Under the pieces are notes generated by a model, which was not told the DNA's origin, did not search any database, and saw only the letters and a list, made by a program, of their open reading frames with translations. From Candidatus Omnitrophota bacterium (GTDB lineage Bacteria > Omnitrophota > Gorgyraeia > Zapsychrales > JAHFFX01), in NCBI GenBank assembly GCA_023247705.1, contig JAHFFY010000001.1, positions 33,358 through 97,357 on the forward strand: a DNA stretch of 64,000 nt, given 5' to 3'. A program made the translations under genes and the position numbers. This document shows positions 8,248 to 17,865 of the stretch, piece by piece. Numbering within the stretch: position 1 is the stretch's first letter; each line of letters starts with the position of its first letter.

Positions 8248-10359
8248 ATGTGGTTTTTAGCTTACTCCAAGAGATCATGTTTTATGTCAGGAACACCGCA
8301 AAAAATTCGAATCGGATCACGTTCCAGCGCTTTGGCCATCAAACAGGTTGAAGAGGTTTTGTATCTTTTCAAAAAAAGTGGGATCTATTTTGAATATGAA
8401 CTCAAGATATTTCAAACCCGCGGGGATCACGACAAACAGACTCCTCTCACCGCTAGCTCAATTGATAATTTTTTTACCGATACTCTTGATGAAGCCCTCC
8501 GGACCGAACAAATCGATCTTGCGGTGCACAGTGCGAAAGATGTTCCTCAGCGATTGCCGCCAGGATTGGATTTATTTGCATTAACCCCGTGTTTGGACGA
8601 AACAGACAGTCTCGTGGCCTCCCGAAAATTATCTGAACTTAAATCCGGATCGAAAATCGGTGCAAGCAGTTTAACTCGTCAGGAAGCGATCAAAGCCATT
8701 AATCCTCATGTTAAAGTGTTTGATATCCGTGGGACGATCGAAGAGCGGATGGATTTGGTCAAAAAAGAAACATTAGATGGAGTGATTATCGCGACGTGTG
8801 CTTTAAAACGTTTAAATTTAGAGCAAGACATCACGGAAATCATGCCCTGGGAGACAACCGCATTACAGGGACAATTAGCGATCGTTGGCCGATCAAGGGA
8901 TTTAAAATTAAAATTCATGTGTCATCCGCTGGATGTCCGTTCAAAGTATGGACGGGTTGTTTTGGTTGGTGCTGGTCCGGGAGACCCGGAACTCATCACC
9001 TTGAAGGCGATCAAGGCGTTAGAACAAGCCCAGTGTGTTTTTTATGATTACCTTGCTCATCCTGATTTATTGAAATATGCGCCCAACGCCGAAAAGATTT
9101 ATGTCGGTAAAAGAAAAGCCGAGCATTCGCTTTCCCAGGCGCAACTGTCCAGAATGTTACGCGAAAAAGCCGCGCAAGGCCAACAGGTCGTTCGATTGAA
9201 GGGCGGAGATCCTTTGATTTTTGGGCGTGGGGCGGATGAGATTCAATATTTAAGATCTTATCATATCCAGGTGTCGGTTGTGCCCGGCATCAGTTCAGCT
9301 ACAGGCATTCCATCGCTGTTAGGCATTCCTCTGACGGCGCGCGGCATTTCATCTTCAGTTGCTTTTATCAGCGGACATGAAGAGGATGAAAAAATTCTAC
9401 CTAACAGAATATTACAGATTCCAAAAGTTCAAACGATCGTATTTTTTATGGGATTGACAAAGTTAAAGATCGTTGTCGAGTCTTTACAGCAATCCGGATG
9501 GTCCAATGAAACACCGGTAATTATTATTTCTAGAGGAACAAGGCAAGATCAACAGATTGTTACCGGAACGATCAGCAATATTGAAGCGCGGTTATTATCC
9601 CATAAAATTGAGCCTCCGGCCCTGATTATAGTCGGAGAAACGATTGAATTTTATAATCAAAATAATTCTGCAGCCCCCAATATTCTGTATTTGGGGACCA
9701 AGCCGGAGAAATACGCGTTTTTGGGTCAGATCATTCATTTCCCTATGATGGATATTATTCCCACTGAATTCTCTCAACCACAGCGCGATCAGATTTTTTC
9801 CGATTTTAGTCGAAGCGAAGTCATTATTTTTACCAGCAGGTTTGCTGTGCAATATTTCGTCGCGTTGCTACAAGACCAAAAGGATCTTTTATCGAAGCTC
9901 AAGACCAAGATCATCTGTGCCGTGATCGGCCGGGAGACCGAGAAGGTTTTAAATGAGTTCGGTATCAAAGCCCGCTGTGTTCCTTCGATCGAAACCAGCC
10001 AGGGATTGTTTGAAGCTTTAAACCAACAGTTTGAACTCAAAGGAAAGAAAATTATCCTGCCCCGTTCCTCATTGCCAAACCCGTATCTCAAACAAAAATT
10101 AACCGAAAACGGAGCACAGGTGATCGAGGTTACAATTTATAAAAACAAAAAGCGAACAACAATTTTCCCGAACCTCCAAGACCAATCCTTTGCCCAAGTG
10201 AGCCATATTCTTGTTTCGAGTCCGTCAACGGTTAATTATTTTCTCGAGATTTATCATCAGATCCCTCAAAATTGGCAAATCATCAGTAAAGGACCAGTGA
10301 CGACTCAGGCGTTATCAAACGTCGGTTATGCGACAACAAAAATCATTGAATTAATGTAG
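8248..10359 (+). CDS. Tri-domain fusion: porphobilinogen deaminase-like (HemC domains 1-2) + uroporphyrinogen-III C-methyltransferase (CobA/SUMT) + uroporphyrinogen-III synthase (HemD)
   Basis: HemC-like IRIGSRSSALA, AVHSAKDVP, QGQLAIVGR. SUMT signature VVLVGAGPGDPELITLKA plus GGDPLIFGRG. The C-terminal ~230 aa is HemD-like. Start is ambiguous between 8248 and 8284. Confidence 0.7.
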   Translation: MWFLAYSKRSCFMSGTPQKIRIGSRSSALAIKQVEEVLYLFKKSGIYFEYELKIFQTRGDHDKQTPLTASSIDNFFTDTLDEALRTEQIDLAVHSAKDVPQRLPPGLDLFALTPCLDETDSLVASRKLSELKSGSKIGASSLTRQEAIKAINPHVKVFDIRGTIEERMDLVKKETLDGVIIATCALKRLNLEQDITEIMPWETTALQGQLAIVGRSRDLKLKFMCHPLDVRSKYGRVVLVGAGPGDPELITLKAIKALEQAQCVFYDYLAHPDLLKYAPNAEKIYVGKRKAEHSLSQAQLSRMLREKAAQGQQVVRLKGGDPLIFGRGADEIQYLRSYHIQVSVVPGISSATGIPSLLGIPLTARGISSSVAFISGHEEDEKILPNRILQIPKVQTIVFFMGLTKLKIVVESLQQSGWSNETPVIIISRGTRQDQQIVTGTISNIEARLLSHKIEPPALIIVGETIEFYNQNNSAAPNILYLGTKPEKYAFLGQIIHFPMMDIIPTEFSQPQRDQIFSDFSRSEVIIFTSRFAVQYFVALLQDQKDLLSKLKTKIICAVIGRETEKVLNEFGIKARCVPSIETSQGLFEALNQQFELKGKKIILPRSSLPNPYLKQKLTENGAQVIEVTIYKNKKRTTIFPNLQDQSFAQVSHILVSSPSTVNYFLEIYHQIPQNWQIISKGPVTTQALSNVGYATTKIIELM

Positions 10360-10402
10360 AATTGAAAAGCTCGTGTATAATACAGTATCAATATAAAAAA
10401 TT

Positions 10403-11359
10403 ATGAATCGTTCTCGACGGCTACGCAAAAATGAAATTATTCGCAATCTGGTCAGGGAAACACGATTAGCGAAAGATCAGCTCATTCAGCCTTTTTTTGT
10501 CTTGGAAGGAAGAAACAGGAAGATTGAGATATCTTCCATGCCCGGGATTTATCGCTATTCAGGAGATTTACTTCTGAAGGCAATTCAGGATTATCAAAAA
10601 TCAGGAGGGAAGGCGGGAATTTTGTTCGGAATTCCCGGGAAGAAAGATTTGCAAGGAAGTCAGGCCTATGCGGACAACGGGATCATTCAAAAAACTCTAA
10701 AACTGATCAAGAAAGAATTTCCAGATTTTTTTGTTATCACTGATGTTTGTTTGTGTGGATATACTACCCACGGACATTGTGGACTTGTGGAAGGCCGACA
10801 GATCCTCAACGATAAAACGCTGCTGCTTTTGACAAAAGTAGCGGTGTCCCATGCGCAAGCTGGAAGTGATATGGTTGCTCCATCGGATATGATGGATTTT
10901 CGGGTTCAGCATATTCGTGCGGGCTTGGATAAGAATGGATTTGAGGATACTCCAATCCTGTCTTATGCCGTCAAGTATTCGTCCGCTTTTTACGGCCCGT
11001 TTCGCGATGCGGTTGATTCAACCCCGCAGTTCGCAGACCGCAAAACTTATCAAATGGATTGTGCTAATCAGCGTGAAGCGATCAAAGAAGCCCGGCAGGA
11101 TGTCATGGAAGGTGCTGATCTGATCATGGTGAAGCCGGCGTTACCGTATTTAGATATCATAACCTTGCTTCGGCATCAGCTCACCGTGCCTATTGTCGGA
11201 TTTAGCGTTAGCGGAGAATACGCGATGATTAAAGCGGCGGCTCGAGCCAAGTGGATTGATGAAAAATCTTCAGTTCTGGAAAGTTTAATTGCGATTAAAC
11301 GCGCAGGTGCGGACATAATTATCTCCTATTACGCGCATGAAGTTTTAACATGGATATAA
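10403..11359 (+). CDS. hemB: Porphobilinogen synthase (delta-aminolevulinate dehydratase)
   Basis: Zn-binding DVCLCGYTTHGHCG; active-site Lys region (MVKPA); full-length ALAD similarity. Confidence 0.9.
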   Translation: MNRSRRLRKNEIIRNLVRETRLAKDQLIQPFFVLEGRNRKIEISSMPGIYRYSGDLLLKAIQDYQKSGGKAGILFGIPGKKDLQGSQAYADNGIIQKTLKLIKKEFPDFFVITDVCLCGYTTHGHCGLVEGRQILNDKTLLLLTKVAVSHAQAGSDMVAPSDMMDFRVQHIRAGLDKNGFEDTPILSYAVKYSSAFYGPFRDAVDSTPQFADRKTYQMDCANQREAIKEARQDVMEGADLIMVKPALPYLDIITLLRHQLTVPIVGFSVSGEYAMIKAAARAKWIDEKSSVLESLIAIKRAGADIIISYYAHEVLTWI

Positions 11360-12633
11360 AAAGATCGAAGCAGATATTTAAGGAAGCCCAGACCGTCATG
11401 GTAGGGGGTGTTAATAGCCCGGTGCGATCTTTTCGGTTGGTGGGAGGACATCCGTTGGTGATGAAATCGGGTCAAGGAAGCCAGTTATTCGATGAAGACC
11501 AAAATGCTTATACGGACTATTGTTTATCCTGGGGCTCTTTGATTCTAGGGCACAGCCACAAAGATATTGTCCAAATCCTGAAAAAAGCGATTGTCCATGG
11601 GACAAGTTTTGGAACCACGACCTCGGCTGAACTTGAGATCGCTAAATTTATTACCAAAAATATTCCATCAATTGAACGCGTTCGGTTTGTTAATTCCGGA
11701 ACTGAAGCAACGATGAGTGCAATACGCGTGGCCAGGGGGTTCACAAAAAAAGAAAAGATCATCAAATTTGATGGCTGCTATCATGGCCATTTTGATGATT
11801 TGTTGACAAAAGCGGGATCCGGCGTTGCCAATTTATCGGAATCCTCGAGTCTTGGGATTACGAAGAACCATATCCAAAATACCTTCAGCCTGCCATTCAA
11901 TGATAGCCAAACGTTTGAAAAAATTGTGACCCAGCATAAAGCTGAAATTGCCTGCGTGATCATTGAACCTGTTGCTGGCAACATGGGGGTTATTCCAGCT
12001 AAAGAGGAGTTTTTGAAAACAATCCGGCAAATCACTCAAAAAAATAATATTGTTCTGATCTTCGATGAAATCATGACGGGTTTCCGCAGTCATATCGGTG
12101 GTGTTCAATCAGAGTTAGGTGTCATTCCTGATATGACCTGTTTGGGAAAAATCATCGGAGGCGGATTCCCCGTTGGCGCGTATGGTGGTAAAAGGGAAAT
12201 CATGTCCTACCTTGCGCCGTTAGGTGGCGTGTATCAGGCTGGAACGTTTGCCGGAAATCCTGTCGTAATGCAAGTTGGTCTGGCGACTTTAAAAAATTTA
12301 ACGCCATCTTTTTACAAAAAACTGAATGCCTTTGCGGATCAATTTGCCCAGAAGTTGAATGCTTTTTTTCAAAAGAATCAAATTGAAGCGTTTTTATCGC
12401 ACTATAAATCCATGATGAGTTTACGATTCAGAAAAAAGCCGGTTGCGAATTACGAAGACGCTGTCGCAGCCTCTTCACAAGCAAAGTATTCTAAAGTTTT
12501 CCACCAGTTATTACGCCATCAAATCTATTGGCCTCCAGCTGATTTGGAAGCATTTTTTTTGTCCGGATCTCATACGCAAGCAGATTTAAATGTGTTATAT
12601 CGATGGATATGTGATTATTTCAGTAAAAATTAA
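11350..12633 (+). CDS. hemL: Glutamate-1-semialdehyde 2,1-aminomutase
   Basis: GGVNSPVRSF signature; class III PLP aminotransferase fold; overlaps the hemB stop. Confidence 0.9.
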   Translation: MDIKRSKQIFKEAQTVMVGGVNSPVRSFRLVGGHPLVMKSGQGSQLFDEDQNAYTDYCLSWGSLILGHSHKDIVQILKKAIVHGTSFGTTTSAELEIAKFITKNIPSIERVRFVNSGTEATMSAIRVARGFTKKEKIIKFDGCYHGHFDDLLTKAGSGVANLSESSSLGITKNHIQNTFSLPFNDSQTFEKIVTQHKAEIACVIIEPVAGNMGVIPAKEEFLKTIRQITQKNNIVLIFDEIMTGFRSHIGGVQSELGVIPDMTCLGKIIGGGFPVGAYGGKREIMSYLAPLGGVYQAGTFAGNPVVMQVGLATLKNLTPSFYKKLNAFADQFAQKLNAFFQKNQIEAFLSHYKSMMSLRFRKKPVANYEDAVAASSQAKYSKVFHQLLRHQIYWPPADLEAFFLSGSHTQADLNVLYRWICDYFSKN

Positions 12634-12683
12634 TTTAGAATGCTAAACATTTTAAGCGTTTGCAAAAGAAAGGAGATGCCGTA

Positions 12684-13079
12684 ATGTACAAGTTCTCTAG
12701 AAATTTATTTTTTGCGTTTTTAGTCGGGGTCATTTCTTTTTCTGCTTCAGGGTGCCTGCCTTTAGTCGTTGGCGCTGCAGCCGGAGCGGGAAGCGTTATT
12801 TGGGCCAAGGGGACCATTCAACAAGATTTCAATAGACCACTTAATAGCGTCTATAAAGCAACCAAGGTGGCCCTGAAGAAACTGGATGTGCCTATTATCG
12901 TTGATAAGAAAGATAACTTGACTGCTCATCTGGAATCGCAATTTGCAGATGGGAAGAAGATCAAAATCGATATCGAATATGTTTCAACCTACACGTCCAA
13001 GATCTCGATCCGGGTTGGCACCCTTGGCGATGAGAATAAATCCAGGGAAATTTTGGAAATGGTCATAAAATATCTCTAA
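12684..13079 (+). CDS. Small lipoprotein, hypothetical
   Basis: Signal peptide with lipobox FSASGC. The ATG at 12684 has an AAAGGAG RBS 9 nt upstream; the track ORF uses a TTG at 12660. Confidence 0.5.
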   Translation: MYKFSRNLFFAFLVGVISFSASGCLPLVVGAAAGAGSVIWAKGTIQQDFNRPLNSVYKATKVALKKLDVPIIVDKKDNLTAHLESQFADGKKIKIDIEYVSTYTSKISIRVGTLGDENKSREILEMVIKYL

Positions 13080-13186
13080 TTAAGTTTTTATGCAAACGAT
13101 GAAATGTTTATTGAAAATTAAAATATAATTTGTTATTACTATGGCATGGATAAAATGAACCATTAGGATTGGAATGAAAGATCTCT

Positions 13187-13543
13187 ATGGAAAATACTGA
13201 TTCATTTTCAACCCGTCCCTGGGGTAATTATCATAAGCTTTTTCAAGAGCCCGGAGTCTGGGTTAAGCGGGTGGAAGTCAACCCCGGAGCCCGTTTGAGT
13301 TTGCAGAAACATATCAAGCGTTCGGAGAAATGGATTGTGGTGAATGGTTTTGGCTTAGCTGTAGTCAATAATCTGGAAATCAAGGTTAAACCAGGTTCAG
13401 TCATTGATGTTCCTTTGGGGGCCGTCCATCGCATCGGAAACACGGGGCAAGAGAAATTAATCTTCATCGAGGTCGCTTGCGGTAGTTATTTAGCAGAGGA
13501 TGATATCATCCGCCTACAAGACGATTACGATCGTAAATCCTAG
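13187..13543 (+). CDS. Cupin-domain protein (mannose-6-phosphate isomerase type II C-terminal-like cupin)
   Basis: Cupin motifs (G..H.H.....E ; G..H..N.G) in a 118-aa protein. Confidence 0.55.
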   Translation: MENTDSFSTRPWGNYHKLFQEPGVWVKRVEVNPGARLSLQKHIKRSEKWIVVNGFGLAVVNNLEIKVKPGSVIDVPLGAVHRIGNTGQEKLIFIEVACGSYLAEDDIIRLQDDYDRKS

Positions 13544-13650
13544 AAGCCATTTCATAACCCCTTTTCACCACGTCAACCTCGTCAATGAGAAGGATCGTTT
13601 TCGATGTTGTGAAATGATTTCTAAACAAAAGACGATCAAATTTTATTATA

Positions 13651-15042
13651 TTAGATATATCGGCGTAAATGAGAGGGAAGGATTTTTAACGAATGTCGGT
13701 ATTTGCTGACTGTTCTACGGGCAAGAACTAATCCTTTTTCCTGAAAGAGACGCTGAATATCTTGGTCTGAGAGGGGTGTATTTTTATCTTCGTTGTCCAC
13801 CATATCTTTAATTTCCTCGCGAATACTCCTGCTCGAAATATTATTCTGTTGTTCATCAACCAGGCCGTTTGAGAAAAAGAACTTGATTGGGACCACCCCT
13901 TGAGGAGTTTCAATATATTTATTTTGAATGGCTCGGCATATGGTCGATTCATTCCGGCCGATCGCCAGTGCGATCTCTTTCATGTTCATGGGCGGAATGG
14001 CACTGTTTGTTCCTTCGAAATACTCTTTTTGTTTGGTGAGGATAAACTGCGCGATTTCCCGAATAGTTGAACCGCGCTGTTCTATACTTTTGATGAAATG
14101 GAGGGCATCTCGCAGTTTTCCCTTAAGAAATTCCTTTTCTTCATTGGTTAAATTGTTTTTACTCATAATATTTTTATAGAATGAATTAATACGCAAATGG
14201 GGGATCTGCCGCATATTGATATTAATCTGATAGCCATGAACAGGATCATTTTTGATGATTACATCTGGAACAATCTCAATGTTGCTGGATAATGGACGAT
14301 AATTTCTGGCTGGTTTTGGTTCCAATAATGCGATAATTTTGATTGATTCTTTGAGTTTGTCAATGGATATCCCTAATGCGCGAGCGATTGGCGTGTATTT
14401 TTTTCGACCTAAATCTTCTAAATATAAGTCTACGATTTTATAGACAGCGGTTTCCTTTGCGTAATTTTTGTTTCGTAACTGACAAAGTAGGCATTCTTTG
14501 AGTGTAAAAGAGGCTATGCCGATCGGTTCAAAGTTTTGAATGATTCTCCTGACTTCTTCAACTGGTTCTGTGGAGGGCAGGGCAAGGACTTGTGCTATTT
14601 CATCACAAGATATTTTGAGATAGCCATCTTCATCAAGGTTTCCAATAATCAATTCGGCAATTTCGAGTTTGAGCGAATCAGATATTTCAATGCGAGCTTG
14701 TTGCAGGAGTATATCTTCCAGAGGAAGCTCTCTGGTGATTGGTTTTTCTTCAAATTCATCTTCATCCGTTGGATGGTTGTCGTATTTATTTATTTTGTTC
14801 AATTCCGTATGCTGAAGGATTTTTTGATTCATTTGGGATTCGAGGTGTGCAACAGAAGCCTCAAGGTTTTCTTCCGCCAGCTCAAGAAGCGGGTTATTTT
14901 CAAGTTCCTGCTCAATTGTTAGGCGTAGTTCAGTCAAGGGTAGCATAAGAATCGAGATAGATTGCTGCATGAGGGGAGACAGAACTGGTTTTAGGGTCTG
15001 TAAAGGTGTTAATTTGAATTTCATATGCAGAAAGTATACCAT
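13651..15042 (-). CDS. rpoN: RNA polymerase sigma-54 factor
   Basis: C-terminal RpoN box (ARRTVSKYR); HTH region; acidic region II; N-terminal Gln/Leu-rich activator-interacting region. Confidence 0.9.
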   Translation of the reverse strand: MVYFLHMKFKLTPLQTLKPVLSPLMQQSISILMLPLTELRLTIEQELENNPLLELAEENLEASVAHLESQMNQKILQHTELNKINKYDNHPTDEDEFEEKPITRELPLEDILLQQARIEISDSLKLEIAELIIGNLDEDGYLKISCDEIAQVLALPSTEPVEEVRRIIQNFEPIGIASFTLKECLLCQLRNKNYAKETAVYKIVDLYLEDLGRKKYTPIARALGISIDKLKESIKIIALLEPKPARNYRPLSSNIEIVPDVIIKNDPVHGYQININMRQIPHLRINSFYKNIMSKNNLTNEEKEFLKGKLRDALHFIKSIEQRGSTIREIAQFILTKQKEYFEGTNSAIPPMNMKEIALAIGRNESTICRAIQNKYIETPQGVVPIKFFFSNGLVDEQQNNISSRSIREEIKDMVDNEDKNTPLSDQDIQRLFQEKGLVLARRTVSKYRHSLKILPSHLRRYI

Positions 15043-15165
15043 ATGATTTTAAAATAAGGCAAATTCTAATTTTTTTTATCATATTTCCATTTTATCAATT
15101 TTAGCGGTGATGATAATAATTTTAAACATTTGTTTAACTCTTTATTTTTCTTGGCTTTTCTGTGC

Positions 15166-15188
15166 TTGTCCTACCTTGTCTAGGACAA
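15166..15188. promoter_or_regulatory. Inverted repeat TTGTCCTA-N7-TAGGACAA (candidate enhancer / bEBP binding site)
   Basis: Perfect 8-bp arms, about 140 bp upstream of the sigma-54 -24 element at 15324. Confidence 0.35.
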
Positions 15189-15323
15189 ATACGTCCATTC
15201 TTCTAAACACATACCTAAAGTGTGTCTGTAAGTGTTTTTATCAAGCGCAAAAATTTATTTCATAACTTATTGAAGATAATTAGGTTATAGATTTAAAAAA
15301 TATTCTCAACATCGATACAAAGA

Positions 15324-15339
15324 TGGCACACTAGTTGCT
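15324..15339 (+). promoter_or_regulatory. Sigma-54 (-24/-12) promoter, TGGCAC-N5-TTGCT, heading the EPS operon
   Basis: Exact consensus match: TGGCAC at 15324-15329, 5-nt spacer, TTGCT at 15335-15339. About 85 nt upstream of the first gene (15425). Confidence 0.7.
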
Positions 15340-15424
15340 TAATGCCATTGTAAATCGATGCAATAATGATTTGCGATATTCAATATATATTATAAAATAC
15401 ACAAAGTAAAAAGGAGGAGTTGCA

Positions 15425-15610
15425 GTGAAGAAGAGAATGACTATTACGGAAGTCGCCGGCATGATTGGCATCAGTCCGAAAACAATAGCGCGATGGGAAA
15501 AAGTTGGAAAAATTAAAAAACCCAAACGAGATTGGCGTGGATGGCGAGTGTACGATGAAAATGATGTCACCCAGATTCGGGAATTTCATGAGACTGTGTT
15601 TGAGGTATAA
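15425..15610 (+). CDS. Small MerR/excisionase-type HTH DNA-binding protein
   Basis: TITEVAGMIGISPKTIARWEKVGKI helix-turn-helix; GTG start 6 nt after an AAAGGAGGAG RBS; first gene behind the sigma-54 promoter. Confidence 0.6.
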   Translation: MKKRMTITEVAGMIGISPKTIARWEKVGKIKKPKRDWRGWRVYDENDVTQIREFHETVFEV

Positions 15611-15648
15611 AAAGTCTTAAATTTAATCAATTTAAGGAGTCGCAATAT

Positions 15649-16488
15649 ATGAAACACAATATAAAAACATTTAATATTCTGATTTTAGCTTTAATGGCCA
15701 TTCTATTGGACTTTAACGTTGTTCACGCCGAAAATTATGCTGGCGGGAATCCAGAGATCAAAGCTAAAGAACAAACTCAAAAATTAACAGAAACCAAGAA
15801 TACTGATACTACTAAAGAAGCTCAAGAAGGGATGGTAGTCCAGGAACCTAGCGCAGAAGATATTCTTCAGCAATCACAATCTTTATCATCGGAATCTGAT
15901 CCGAGTCGATATACGTTAGGAGTCAATGACGTGATCGAAATATCTGTATTGCGCCATCCAGAAGTCACAGGGCAATATGTGATTAATAGTGAAGGCAAGA
16001 TCCAATACGAATTTGTCGGAGATATTAAAATTCAAGGAAAGACAAAGGATGAGGTCAAGGCGATCATAACCGAAAGTTTATCAAAATATATCGTATCTCC
16101 GGATGTAACAGTTAAAATCAGCGGATATAACAGTAAAGTCGTCTATGTCATTGGAGAAGTTGGAAATCCGGGAAAGATTTATATGCGAGGAGATACGATT
16201 ACCATTCATGAAGCTCTCCTGCAAGCGGGCTTACCGCTTTTAACCGCTTCTACGCGAAAAAGCAGGCTCATAACACCTTCAAAAGAAGGAAAGGCTTCTC
16301 AAAAATTCGTTAATGTGGAAGCTTTGCTGTATGAAGGTGACTTAAGAGAAAATTTAGTGATGAAACCTGGAGATACTCTTTATATCCCAGCAACTGTTAT
16401 GGCGAAGGCTATGAGAGTTATTTCTCCGGTCGCTCAACCAGTCGGAGCAGCCGCTACTACTGGAAGAACCGTTACGACAGGTTTTTAA
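15649..16488 (+). CDS. Polysaccharide export protein (Wza/OPX-like periplasmic Poly_export + SLBB domains)
   Basis: Signal peptide; Poly_export-like motif (YTLGVNDVIEISVLRHPE...); SLBB-like repeat (VYVIGEVGNPGKIYM). Confidence 0.8.
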   Translation: MKHNIKTFNILILALMAILLDFNVVHAENYAGGNPEIKAKEQTQKLTETKNTDTTKEAQEGMVVQEPSAEDILQQSQSLSSESDPSRYTLGVNDVIEISVLRHPEVTGQYVINSEGKIQYEFVGDIKIQGKTKDEVKAIITESLSKYIVSPDVTVKISGYNSKVVYVIGEVGNPGKIYMRGDTITIHEALLQAGLPLLTASTRKSRLITPSKEGKASQKFVNVEALLYEGDLRENLVMKPGDTLYIPATVMAKAMRVISPVAQPVGAAATTGRTVTTGF

Positions 16489-16536
16489 TTTTATCATAAT
16501 AACCGTTATTCTCGGATAGGCAAGAAAGGAAATAGC

Positions 16537-17841
16537 ATGGATGATTTAAATACTAGTTCGCTGTCAGTCATGAGTTATCTAAAAATATTTTTTAGAAGAA
16601 AATGGCTGTTTATTATTCCCGTGTATGCCGGTTTGATTTTCGGTGTTTGTGCAGGGATAGTTCTTCCGAAAAAATATTTATCATCCACAATTATTTTGGT
16701 AGAGGAAGGGAAATCGGATAATCCTTTGTTTAATAATTTAGCTGTTTCAACGACCGTCACGCAACGTATGACAGCGATTCAAGAGTCCATGCTCGGATGG
16801 AATAGTCTGGTCAAACTCGTTAAACGGTTAAATATGGATTCCTTGGTGAAAACGCCGCAAGATTTGGAAAAGCTGATTTTAGGCATAAGAAAGGACATAA
16901 TTATCAAATTACGTGATAAGAATATTATTGATCTATCTTACATTGGTACGGAGCCGGAACAGACTCAAGCCGTCGTTAAGAATATCACAGAAATTTTTAT
17001 CGAAAGAAACGTTGAAGTCCAAAGCAAGGAAACCTCTGATGCCATCACTTTTATAGAAGGGCAGTTGCATCTTTATCAGGGGAAGATTAAATCAGCAGAA
17101 ATTGCGCAACTTCAAGATCAATTGAATACATTATTATTAGATTCAACCGAACAACACCCGCATGTCAAGCAACTCAGAGAACAGATTGAAAACAAAAAAC
17201 AAGAATTAGCCAAAGAGAACCTGGTATATACGGAAAATGTTTCTCTGGATACAAGCACTACAAATCCTATTATTGATGAAATCAAAAAAGCTTTAGGTAA
17301 TATCGAAACAGCGAGCAATGATGGTCCCGATGCCAACGGGATCAACGATCCAGGAACCAAGGATATTTATAAAGTTATGTTAATTGATAAACTTGACAAT
17401 GTGATCGCCCGTGATGTTAATGTTAACACGAACATTTATAATATGCTTTTACAGCGACTGGAAACTGCGAAAATTACCCAGCGCCTGCAGTCGTCAAAAG
17501 AAGGTACGAAATATACAATTTTAGATCCGCCGCGGGTTCCGCTAGATCCAGTACAACCTAATAAAGTTTTAGTGATCATGATGGGAACCTTGCTTGGCGC
17601 GATCATCGGAGGGGCATTGGTTTTTGCGATCGAGTTCCTTGATAAATCGTTTCTTGATGTTGAGGAAGCCAAAGAATATCTCGGAACACCTCTTTTAGGA
17701 GCGATTTCAAAGATTGTTACAGTGGAAAGTTTGCAGCAAGACAAAGTTAAACAAGGATGGATTGCCGGATTAACCGCAGTGGCCGGAGTCATCATCGTCA
17801 TTGTCACAGTGCTGGTATCGAAATTTATTTCAAACAGTTAA
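16537..17841 (+). CDS. Polysaccharide chain-length determinant protein (Wzz/PCP family, PEP-CTERM-locus type)
   Basis: N-terminal and C-terminal TM helices flanking a long coiled-coil periplasmic region; Wzz-like N-terminal motif. Confidence 0.75.
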   Translation: MDDLNTSSLSVMSYLKIFFRRKWLFIIPVYAGLIFGVCAGIVLPKKYLSSTIILVEEGKSDNPLFNNLAVSTTVTQRMTAIQESMLGWNSLVKLVKRLNMDSLVKTPQDLEKLILGIRKDIIIKLRDKNIIDLSYIGTEPEQTQAVVKNITEIFIERNVEVQSKETSDAITFIEGQLHLYQGKIKSAEIAQLQDQLNTLLLDSTEQHPHVKQLREQIENKKQELAKENLVYTENVSLDTSTTNPIIDEIKKALGNIETASNDGPDANGINDPGTKDIYKVMLIDKLDNVIARDVNVNTNIYNMLLQRLETAKITQRLQSSKEGTKYTILDPPRVPLDPVQPNKVLVIMMGTLLGAIIGGALVFAIEFLDKSFLDVEEAKEYLGTPLLGAISKIVTVESLQQDKVKQGWIAGLTAVAGVIIVIVTVLVSKFISNS

Positions 17842-17865
17842 CTATTCAAGAAAGAAGACGTCATT

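Noticed and set aside
8160-8584. Two small + strand ORFs (8160..8351, 8348..8584) in or overlapping the hemC-like gene start
   Set aside because: They lie in alternative frames over the 5' UTR and the start of the HemC-like CDS. They have no RBS or motifs and are out-of-frame overlaps of a well-supported gene.
15150-15175. TGGCTTTTCTGTGCTT as a possible sigma-54 promoter
   Set aside because: The GG and GC elements are 9 nt apart rather than 10. The true perfect match lies at 15324-15339.
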